This document shows, in pieces, positions 37,261 to 48,510 of a DNA stretch of 64,000 nt. Each line of letters opens with the position of its first letter. The first letter of the stretch is position 1. Position numbers and translations under genes: made by a program. Origin of the DNA: Eledone cirrhosa (taxonomy: Eukaryota); assembly GCA_964016885.1 (NCBI GenBank), contig OZ024740.1, forward strand, positions 340,256,001 through 340,320,000. Reading direction: 5' to 3'. The notes below the pieces were generated by a model. The model ran no database searches and was not told where the DNA came from. It was given only the letters and a program-made list of their open reading frames with translations.

Positions 37261-39599
37261 AAACAAGAAAAACACAAAGTCATATATATAAGACCACCAC
37301 CATCACTACCACATTGATATATGTCAATATATGCATGCATATTGCAGAGGCAGAAAATAGGAATATTTGCAACAGAATTACTGAAGCAAGGTTTTTATGG
37401 AGCTGGAGGGTCTTTTCAACTGTGCAGATGGAAGTGGTTAACCTACTTTCAACTAGGAAGGTGAGTGAAACAATGATCTTGACTGCCATACAACACAATG
37501 GTTCAAGCAAGGTCAAACTGACAGCAAGAGAGCTGATTCTAACCAAAAGGACAACACAAACAAGAGAATACATGTATGTGAGGTGTGAAAAAAATTACAC
37601 CATACAATATTCTTTTAGTGGTATCAGTCATTTGATTGCAGCCATACTGGGGCAGTACCATGTGCACTAATTTTAAGGCTTCAGTCTACAACTACAATTT
37701 AAAATTGTATAAAAGAATCAATGTTTTAATTAACTCTTCATAGGAAACTGCCTGATACTACCTCTGGTTCTATGATAAAAAAAAAAAGCTTTTTGAGTTA
37801 GTGTTCATATTTATCTAAAAACTTTCTACTATAATGTTATGCAAACACCTTTAAGTTATGCTCCATTATTACTAAGGATTGGCAGTATCGCTAGAGGGTC
37901 GGACGCCATGCTTTGATGCATAGAGTTACGGCCCTTGCCATTCTGAGTTCAAATCCTGCCGAGGTTAACTTTGCCTTGCATCCTTACGGGGTCGATAAAA
38001 TAAAGTACCAGTAATGCACTGGGTAATTGCTGGCCTTGTGCCAAAAGTAGAAACAATTATTACTAAATTTCTCCGAATTTTTTACTCTTTTCAAAATTAT
38101 AGGTAGTGACTTTCATTAGAAATATGGCAATGAAATGGTGAAAACCTCTGATAATTGTCATTTTATGACTGGTAAACTAAGGATGATCTGTGTTGGCAAA
38201 ATTAGATTGGAATAAAAGACAAAACATGTTGTTGCATGTTGGACCTGTTATCTTCCACAAATAATGGAACATTCTACTCACAAAATCAATGTGTAGGTGG
38301 TTGAGCATTCTATGAGCACATATACCCATAACATAGTTCTAGGGAGATCCAGCATGTTAGAATGTGTGACAAGGCTATCTCTTTAAATTGAAGTACAAAT
38401 ATTTTTTTAAGCTGAGTGAACATGAGCAACAAAGTGCCTTGCTCAATGACCCAATCCACCACCAGGAACTGAACTACTCATGACCTTTCAATTGTGAGCT
38501 GAATACCCTAACCAGTAAGCCATACATCATATATATATGTACCATGAAATAAAGTTAAGACTAAGGTATACAGTCCTCTATTTTGTTTAGCCACTAGTGT
38601 GAAACAATATTTAAGGCACTTCACTACTTAGGTAATATCATTATCAGTTTCCATGCCTGTGTAGTTTAGATGAGTCCTCCCTTATCTGAGTTTCAATAAC
38701 ATCATATATATGTTTGCATACTCTCTCTCTCCCTCTCTCGCATACATGCAGACACACATTATATACATATATATATATATACGAGGGGTCCTACTCGTTC
38801 CTATTACCCACTCTACTACCCTAAGTATTGAGTACTTTGGTGCGTTATGGTCCATCTGGTTCCTTACCACATTTCCTTTGTTATATATATATATATATAT
38901 ATATATATCACAGATGCACACCACACCACATAATGGTTCTGTTGACTTTTCCGTCTTATAATGATATCAAACCACCTGAAACAACTCCTGGTTTTCTGAT
39001 ACACAACTGTTTGTTTTTTAAGAGTTTATACTTGTCTAAAAATTTCCATCATAATTTAATTTGAGAACCTTTGTTAAGTTATATTCCAAACACTAGATAA
39101 ATAATTAACTCCAATCCATTGCCTTAATGATAATAATGGTTTCTGATTTAGGGACAAGACCAACAATTTTGGGGGAAAGGCGAAATCAATTAAACTGACC
39201 CAATGCATTACTGATAGTTTATTTTCTCAACCCTGTAAGAATGAAAGGCAAAGCTAACCACGGCGGAATTTGAACTCAAAACATAAAGGGTTGTAACTCC
39301 ATGCCACAAAGCATGTTGACGCTCTACCGATACTGCCATAACAATAATTGTTTCTACTTTAGGCACAAGAGCAGCAATTTGAAGGGGAGGGGAAAGTCGA
39401 TTAAATCAACACTAGACCTCACTGGTGCTTTATTTTATCAACATTGTAAGGATGAAAGGCAAAACTAAATTCAGTGGGATTTGAACTCAGAATGTAAAGG
39501 GCCACCGAGACCCCCTGCCGTAAAGCATGGTGTCTGATGCTCTACTGATACTGCCAATCCACTGCCATAATAATAATAAGCTATGGAATTCAAAAGGAA

Positions 39600-40193
39600 G
39601 AACTGTTGTAATAGTAGGAACAGCAAAAAAGACAGGAGGAGGTATAGCACATGTGTGTGCCAATAGTGTAGTGAGCTGGAGGTTGAAAGTTGTTAATCAG
39701 TCAGTCAACCTTTTCATGCAATCTAGAAAGTTTGTGTTTACAGTAACAACACTGCCCCAGGTATATAAAGAAGACTTTAATGTGAGGATTACATGTGCCT
39801 TTAATAGGATCAACATCTATTCAGAGCAGAGGTTTCTCATCCTGAAGAGAAAGAAAGTCTAGCCAATGAGATAGATGACCAGCATGAGAGATCAAAGATT
39901 GTAAGGCCTAGCATGTGTAACAACTTTAATGACGTATTGTTCATGAGTAAAGAGGATGTGAAATGAAAGCATGTGGCCTAATGGTTATGCTGTTGCAAGG
40001 TCATGAATTTGATCCCCAGTATGTTGTGCCCTTGAGCAAAACTCTTAATTTCATGTTGCTCTAGTTCACTCAACTAATATTGACTACCAGCATCTAGGAG
40101 GTTGGCATCTTAGTCACGTATATGATAAGTTGAAACCTGGTGAAATTCTAGGCTCAAGAATGACTTTAAAAGAGGATATAATATTGACTATTT

Positions 40194-40229
<36 letters not shown>

Positions 40230-40509
40230 AAATGAAGTAATTCCATCGGAAAAGTCCAGGAAAAAAGAGTGCTCTATGTAAGCAACAGAGCTTAATTATT
40301 ATTATTATGTAATAAACAACATAAGGCAATTATTCCATTTACCAGTGGTTTCTTAAAAGCAAAAGGTTTTGCTTTCAATCCTCAGAATGAAAAATCCTGG
40401 TTTTCTGGAAAACCAGGATTTTTCATTCTGAGGATTGAAAGCAAAACCTTTTGCTTTTAAGAAACCACTGGTAAATGGAAGAATTGCCTTATGTTGTTTA
40501 TTACATAAT

Positions 40510-40570
<61 letters not shown>

Positions 40571-41050
40571 GTGTTTTGATACTGTTAAAGGAGACCAGGG
40601 GGCAAGAAACTGTGCATGTCTGGCGTAGGTGGAGTGAATCACATGTGCTAAAGGTTATCAAGGAGTTGAGAATTTTATACATAGGGTGTGTTTGACTGGA
40701 AGTAACAGCAAGTAGGTCATTGATGAAGAGAAACGAAAATTTGACAGTGGAGGAAATATAACAGAGTCTGGAGTCCACCAGTAATAAAGAGAACGTAGGT
40801 CGGAGAAGGTTCCATCAATATGCCATGGAATGGTCTGATAAGAAAACTTCTATCTCAAGAGATTAGTGGAACAAATGAGCAAGCAGTTTTGCTTGGAGTT
40901 TCTTATGCTTGGCATGCCAAAGGCAACGTTTTATCGAAGTTTCCATGAGTTACGGAAACCAATCATATACTACAGCCACAGACAAAACTATGGTTAAGAA
41001 GTTGGCTACAATCACGTTGTTCCGGAGACCATAGCCTTTGGTTCACCAAT
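39600..41050 (-). mobile_element. Highly decayed CR1/Jockey-like RT remnant, interrupted by a SINE, (TA)n and a palindrome
   Basis: Relics such as FLFINDLL and a GxPQxSV..P-like segment near 40700-40790. Confidence 0.45.
40297..40516. repeat. Near-perfect 220-bp palindrome
   Basis: 109-bp arms with one mismatch and a 2-nt centre (ttttc tg gaaaa). Confidence 0.97.
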
Positions 41051-41949
41051 GCCTCGTGAGTGTAATATGGTAGGTGGAAACTGTGAGGAATCAGATCATA
41101 TAGGCGATCCTTCACAACAGTAAACATAAAACATGCAGAAAACCACAAAGAATGCAATACAAACATGAACGTCATTTAATTTACTGAATAATAATTATTT
41201 TTACATTTGGCACAAAGCCAGCAATTATCCCAGTGCTTTATTTTATCGACCCCATAAGGATGAAAGGCAAAGTTAACCTCGGCGGCATTTGAACTCAGGC
41301 CATAAAGGGACGTAATTATTTGCTGCAAAGCATGGCTTCCGACCCTCTACCAATACTGCCAATCCACCGCCCTCCTTCAAATGTGTATTTGATTATGCTT
41401 ATTTTTAGGTATAAAATATGTAATAGTAGTATTTTATCCTATATATTAGTGGCAAAAACAGATTCTTTGCCGTAACTACAGTTTAATACAGCCACCAACA
41501 AATTTATTTCTTCAAATCCTTCTGAATAATGCATGTTTTTTATGAAATTTTATGTAGATATATTTTTGAAAGTGTAGATTGGAATATTACGTTGGTATAA
41601 TTAAAAATAATCTTATTTTCAAAATATTTTTTTGATTACAATATTTTTCCGTTCGTTAAGGCTTTTATCTGTATTTCGATCTGTATTTGTAATAAGCTAA
41701 ACATAAAATCGGAAATGTTTTCACCATGGCTTCCAACTTTAAATGTTGTATGGAAACAGATATTTTATTACAATTGTATAGAATAACGTTGCAAATATGT
41801 TTTAAATATATACATAAATAACATAAATATAAAATCATGAATAAAAATGATAAAGGAAAGAAAGAAGGAAAAAGAAAAAGGGCAGAGGGGGACAATTCAC
41901 CACCAAGTGCGACAATCGGCAACACCTCATACCTTGGGGGTTAATTGTA

Positions 41950-42600
41950 CACTTTCAGGCAAGCCAACACGCTCGCAGCATTACCACGGGTGATGGCGAG
42001 GCTAAAATAACCAGGCACCCTCACGGGCATCACCTGACATTTCAGTAAGGCGAGCTGCCAGTGAAGACAAGAACTTCGCTGTCAGCAACCCAACTCCACC
42101 GAACGTCTCGAACGTCACAGGTTGAAAAAAAATAATTGTTTGGTAAGTCCTGGTATTTCCGAATTTTATTCCTTTCGGCAGCGGACGCAGTGACACCCGC
42201 ATTCATTACGGCGTCCATGATGTGAGAGGAGGCAAAAGACGTGACGTCCCAGATGAGGCATCTACCTCTCACCCCGGGACAAAGGGTAAGACCGTCTGGT
42301 CTCTTCCCCTCACTCCTGGAGAAACCAGCCGGCTCCAGAACTGGGAATATTAACTCGAGCCAGGGCCCGTTTGATGATCAGGTTTAGCTCGGTGTGACGG
42401 GCAAAACGACCAGCATTCAGGCGACAGGACAAACCATGTAAACCTGTGGACTCGAATTATCTACCACAATGGCATCTCAGACCCCCACACGAAGTGCAAT
42501 GGAGATATGGAGTTCGTCCTGACTGAGAAGGCCATCAATGTTGGCCACAAACAGGGCATCAATCCAGTCACCCGAGAACTTTGCGCTAGCAGAAAGTAAG
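41950..42600 (-). mobile_element. C-terminal fragment of a CRE-clade non-LTR retrotransposon (zinc knuckle + restriction-like endonuclease)
   Basis: Frame-shifted relics CHCG..GLHGLSC..GRFARHTELNLIIKRAL, EP.G.SRSEGKRPDGLTL, LIWDVT, AAERNKIRKY.DL, FQPVTFETFG, RGNAASVL. Confidence 0.8.
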
Positions 42601-42611
42601 AAAATTGATAA

Positions 42612-43139
42612 TCTATATATTACTAAAAGTCTGTGATTGCTTGCTTGCTTGCTTGTCTGTAATGTAATACAGCCAAAAGAGGCGCATAATGGGAAAATAC
42701 TTTGAAAGGAAGTTGCCCCTAAAATGGGAATACAAATAGAATAAAACAAGTTTCGTGTAAATCGAAGCATGCGCGGGTTCCAGAGATATGGGGTTTTTCC
42801 GGGTACCTTCATAAACAAAGAGAGTAAAAGATGGAGAGGAAGAGATAGTGGTTGTGAGAGATTAGATTGAAAGAGAGAGGGAGAGGCGACAGAGAAGGAG
42901 AATGGAAGAGATAGAGCTGGTGGTGGTGTAGTGTGTGTGTGTGCCTATGACCAGTGTATATAGATCACAGACACCCACATACATATATGTATACAAACAC
43001 ACATTTATATATATACATACACACACGCATATACATGGGCCTTCCAGTTTCATTTCACATTATATACATGTCTGTATTTTAAAATTATTTTTAAGTGAAC
43101 AATACTTTAAAGTGACCCAACGGGTCACGGGTGGTCTAG
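42612..43139 (+). mobile_element. Non-autonomous Helitron
   Basis: A|TCTATATATTACTAAAAG 5' end followed by (GCTT)n; 3' hairpin gtgaccc-aac-gggtcac (43112-43128), then CTAG|T; inserted between A and T. Confidence 0.85.
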
Positions 43140-43962
43140 TGAATAAATAAATATCAATCAGGATAATGTCAGGTTTAATAATAGAAAGTAATGTGAGATC
43201 TACACCTCTGAATTTTGTTTTTAATTCCATCAACGTACAATTGATCGACACATTCTCTGCAAAAGATATCTATTATTAAGGAAGTTATGATGAAACAAAT
43301 TTTGGAATGGCACCAAACTGTAGTTATATTATTCTTTTGGGGAGTTATATATTGGATGTTTTATTTCATTGCCTTTACAAGAAACTAGTGCAGTCATTCG
43401 TATATTGTTAAATATATATTTATGGATGCATATCAGAGAAACGTGTAAACAAAGATAAAAACCATATGCCCGGTGCTTTAGAACAAAACTACCTTGTGGT
43501 ATTTGTTCCACTCGAATTACATAGACGCTCCTTGCCAATGTCCACGCAGGAAACGCGGTGAACAAGTGATAGTCCCGTTAGAAACGTGTAACCAACGACG
43601 CAAAATGGTCAATAAATAGATAGAGAAGTTCAATTTGATGAAGGAGGTAGACACTAATAGATGCTGAGCAGTTCTAAGGAAATTGAGAATAAAACTGGGA
43701 AGATATAAATTCAGCTAAGTAACGTGTTTTTCAAAATGTACAGGAGTTTTGAGGGATATATCCATTCTTCTGAAACAGATTTGAATGGTTGATATTGGAC
43801 AAATGTTAGCAACCCCTGAGAGCCTTTTGTCACCCGGATACAATAGAGCAAGGATTCAAGAGGTTACTACAGACAACTAGCTAACCTATCCACTGTGGTA
43901 TTATAAAAGAAGTTACTATAAACCACTATCGTCTATTCCACCCCATTACTATATACAATAGT

Positions 43963-44196
43963 GTGATGTTTCCCAAAATGGGTTCCACGAGATAAGCTGT
44001 CTTCAAATAAAATTTAATAATTTTAATATATTGATTTTTTATAAACTAATTCTCTCTCTATAACAATGTTTGTTTCATTTAATATCTTGTTTGGGTTAGG
44101 CTGGTAAGGATTGTCCATAAAATATTGGTATAGGTTCCTCTTTTTTTTGTTTATATTGTATAAAGTTCTACAACAAAATAAGTTTGGGAGCCACTG
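43963..44196. mobile_element. Possible hAT-type MITE relic
   Basis: tgtttcccaaaatgggttccacg ... aagtttgggagccactg degenerate inverted ends. Confidence 0.4.
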
Positions 44197-45899
44197 CAAT
44201 AAAGATTATCACAAGCCTCTAGTGACTATCTACTTCAGTATTACAACAGAAATTACCACAAACCACTACTTTATCCACCCCAGTATTACAATAGAGGATA
44301 TCAAACATCATTCACCCAAGTAATACTGTTACAAATCATCAATATAAAAAATATGAGGGTGCAACGTAGCTAAGCAATGATGGCCCAAACTAAACAACCA
44401 GAGCTCGATGATTAAAAACCTACTGAAACTCTGTAATTAATGGATTGTTCGCTTTCAAGTTTAAATTTTCTGAAAAATTTGATAAATTACCAACAACCTC
44501 GTATTGAAATTTTCAAGATTATACCTTTAACTGAAACTACCTTATAACAGTGCCTTCATTCCTTTTCCTTAACGACCTTATTTACCTTAAATGTAACTCA
44601 AGTCACTCTTAAATATATAAACATAGAAATCAAATTATATTAAAAGTGCCTTCCACATTAAAAGGCACTAAAACAGCAAACTTAAACAAAACAGATTGAT
44701 TAACAACTAAGCTGGACATGACAAAGTGTTAAAATGTTGCAGGCTAAAAGTAATTATTGATCCCTTTACAAATACAGCCACTGATTAAAAAAAAAACTTG
44801 CCGCCCACATCTACCAGATATGTATTGCTAGTGATAACATGTAAATTCACTCGTGTCTTATCTGATGCTCTAGTGACATATAACTCAGTAATTTGATAAA
44901 TAGTAACAATAATATTATCGTGTGGTTTATTTGAAGATTGAAACATGGAACTCATGGTAAAAAAAATACATTAATATTTCATAAAATTTACTTAAAATTT
45001 AGTCATGAACTAATTTCATTGTGTTGGGGAGTTATGGTTAAAACTCCCTGGTACACTGTATTGACCTAGAGGCAGACCAGCATCTAATTTAATAGAAAGA
45101 ATAACTGATGCTTCAATGTGAATGTTCACAGTTCAAACTACTTCCCTAACATTTCTATTATATTCCAATGATTTCTACTGCTTCAATCATCACTAGTGGC
45201 GCTCACAGGTTAAGCTGTTTAAAATAATAACAATACAAGCTAGGAATGATAGCACAGCAGAAAATGTCAACACTAGTCAGGGAAATGTTAGGTGGAAAGA
45301 AAGAAAGAACTCTAAATTAGTAATAATTATATCTAACAACTGGCCACTGAGTGGAGTCGAGGAAAATGTGTATAGATCTACTACAAATGTATGTTAGTGG
45401 TGAACGTAAGATGTTTGGGGTTTACAATGTCAGAGAAATTTAATAAGTCCAAAAATTTAGGATACATTTAATGTAACAGAAAACAGGAGACTTCGATCTA
45501 GTTAAAATATCGAAACTGTGGAGTCAATTTCTTTAATATTTATTTCTTATTTTTTTTTAAAATGAAAGAAACTTGTCACAATGTAATATTTAGACGTTAC
45601 TAACGTGCGAACCTTAGGCTTGTTTAAACTATCAAACCACTCACACAAAGCATGGTGGAGAGACAGTGTGTAAGAACACAAGAGAAACAAAACAGATTTG
45701 TGAGAATAATGTAGAAGTAACCGAGGTGTAAAACAGATTCTATATTTCATATAAAATATTAGCACGGCCTTAGGAACACTTTAGAAGGCAGATGTTGAGG
45801 GAATTGTAAATAGTTCAATGTAGAGAGTACATAAGATTTCGAAATATTTGGAGAGAAAAATAGGTGACACGTTAAGGGAAACTATGTTATATAAACATC

Positions 45900-46450
45900 G
45901 TGTTCCGAAGCAAGCAGGGCACTGACTCGGGATAAATTTATCCTTCGGTGAAGAGGAAAGGTAAACAACCAACAGCGGGAAGAAAATATTACTTGTATAA
46001 AGATTAGGAAAGAATTAAATAGCAACAGATAACACAACTACCTGTCTCCGTTCGAACTCCCAGCTCCCGTTTTTTCCATGTTGGAATGGTTTTAATGAAC
46101 AGGGTAAGCTGAAATATAATCCAGGCAGTTAGTAACTCTGCCAAATTTCAGTGGTCTCCATTGTGGCCGGCAATCCGTGGAAGAAAGCCGTGTACTCGTG
46201 GCAGAACCTAATGCCTGTGACGCTGCTGACAGACCCATCAACACCTCCCTACTACCACGGAAAGTACAATTATAGTAGAAGAGTGAAAGACATAATAAAC
46301 AGTGACAACACTGCTAAGGCGGTGCACACTCAAGGAATTATTCCAAGTCAGTCGGTGTGGAGTTTCGCAAGCTGTACTGAAAAACACCACAGCAGCAACC
46401 ACTTACCACTTTTATATAGTTTCACTGACTCTACGTTACAATCCTGACTT
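45900..46450 (-). promoter_or_regulatory. Probable promoter/5'UTR region of the ATP9-like gene
   Basis: Repeat-free and visibly CpG-richer than its surroundings; surrounds the candidate ATG exon. Confidence 0.4.
46042..46079 (-). CDS. ATP9: Candidate first coding exon of ATP9-like flippase (MEKTGAGSSNGD-R)
   Basis: ATG in CAACATGG context with an in-frame TAA 12 nt upstream. Ends AG|gtagtt in phase 2, which matches the next exon start (G TGT), giving ...NGDR-CLASL. The region is CpG-richer than its surroundings. The peptide has no homology support. Confidence 0.55.
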
Positions 46451-47809
46451 AAACTTTACTGCACATATTTTCATTCCCAAAAATATTTATTCATGAATTC
46501 AAATAATGTTTTGTTTTACAAATCATTTTGTCAATAATTTAGTTGTTTGTTTTTGTTATTTTCTTATCCAAAAAGATAGATACATCAAATATAATTCCAA
46601 ATTGAAATTGTTGTCAGGCAAAAATGTATGTAATTATTTTATATTCTAATAGAAATTTTTCTTGCGACAGTTTGGTGACTTGTGATATTGATTTTCTTTC
46701 TTTAGCAATACAAGCGATTGATTAGGTGGTGGTGGTGTCACCCAATAACCTAACTTTTGTATACTCCTGCTGTTTATCGAATCTATGTAGCCGATTGACC
46801 TGTTAGAGATAACAACTAAATCTCCCTTAAACTACACTTTACCGTCGAGGAACTTGGGACTACGTATCACTTATACTTCTTTTTCCCTAGTCAAAGAAAT
46901 GGAATGCATATTTCACCTATGCAAGATTTGAACTCAGAACTGTGCGGTAACAAATTTGGTACAGTGAAGTTTGTAACAATTATATACTTTCTGTCAAATT
47001 TACTTTCTCTGGTACTACAACGTGATCGATTGGTTAAAACCGTTGACACCTCTCCTTCGCAACGTCTACTTTTACGGGGTCCTGAAAAGAATTTAATACT
47101 TGGGGGTTCGATTCTCACACAGGTCAGCGCGTTGTGTACTTGAATAAAACACTTCAAATCACGTTTCTCCAGTCCACTTAGCTGAAATAAATGGATGTTA
47201 ATCCTGTGACGGACAAGCGTCACGTACAGGTAGGACAGAGAAAGTCTTGTATTCTCGGTAGCTCGCTGAACACTGATAAAACCGAGATAAGCCCCAGCCT
47301 GAGGAGCCTCTGGTAGGAGAACAGACATAATAAGCCAGGATTGTGGCTGGTATAAATGTATCCGAAAACCCAGTCAACAGTGACGTGTCAGTTCTAATAA
47401 CAAGCGCTAGAAGAAACTTTCACATCTTGAAGATATTCAAACTAGCACGTGAACACATACACACATTCCACCTCTATAGGCAAACCACCTCTAAGTGATC
47501 GTTCCACCTGCTAGAAATAGCAGCCAAATCTCCCACCAATAACAAACACCCTATCTATCTTAAATTTTAAAAAAGGACAGAAGAAATGACTCAAAACATT
47601 TCATCCAACAACCATTGATTCTATCAGTCCACCAGTCCCCAAAAAATGTTACATTACTAAATCCCTCCAAATTCTTAATTAATTGAAAGCATGGACAGGG
47701 TGTTTCATTAGTAGTTATTGTCATGAAATGGTTTAAGACAGAGAGTTTACATATTTATTAGTTAATACTACAACTGACTCTAATAACTATTTCAACTTAC
47801 TCCAACTGA

Positions 47810-48110
47810 TTACATAACATATATAGCAATTTAGTACAACTAACTATATAACATCTGTAGCAATATAGTACAACTAACTATATAACATCTGTAACAATAT
47901 AGTACATCTAACTATATAACAGTTGTAGCAATATAGTACAACTGACCACATAACATCTGTAGCAATATAGTACATCTAACTATATAACATCTGTAGCAAT
48001 ATAGTACATCTAACTATATAACAGTTGTAGCAATATAGTACAACTATATAACATCTGTAGCAATATAGTACAACTGACTATATAACAATATAGTTCAACT
48101 GACCACATAA
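47810..48110. repeat. 34-bp minisatellite (caatatagtacaactaactatataacatctgtag), about 8.5 units
   Basis: Direct tandem copies with variant units. Confidence 0.95.
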
Positions 48111-48183
48111 AAACTATTTCAAGACCATTTAACAGCTATTATAATAGACAACTGGTTACATAACAAAAGACTACAGTTCATAA

Positions 48184-48398
48184 TTAACCCTTTAGCATTT
48201 AAACAGGCCATATCTGGCCAGAATTCTATCACCTATTTCTGTTCAAGCTGGTGGTTAGCAGCCGTTCATACTGATGTTAAGATATGGTTATCAAAATTTA
48301 AAAAAATCAAAGTCCCATAGATTCGATACTGTGAGGTAAAGCCTTTACCATGAAAATATAATACTAAATATAGAGTAATGTAAATGCTAAAGGGTTAT
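48184..48398. mobile_element. piggyBac-type TTAA MITE, opposite orientation to the 5256 copy
   Basis: ttaaccctttagcattta ... taaatgctaaagggtta. Confidence 0.85.
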
Positions 48399-48510
48399 AC
48401 ATGAATCTCAACTGTCGGGGTCCCAACTCTTTATGATATAACCATACTCTACTACTCCAGGTATCGAGTAATGGTCTAACCAGTTTCAAACTGAATCCAT
48501 CCTGATTTAT

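Noticed and set aside
46151-46447. Divergent plus-strand gene at the ATP9 promoter
   Set aside because: GTG start, no recognisable domain, and no downstream plus-strand exons found
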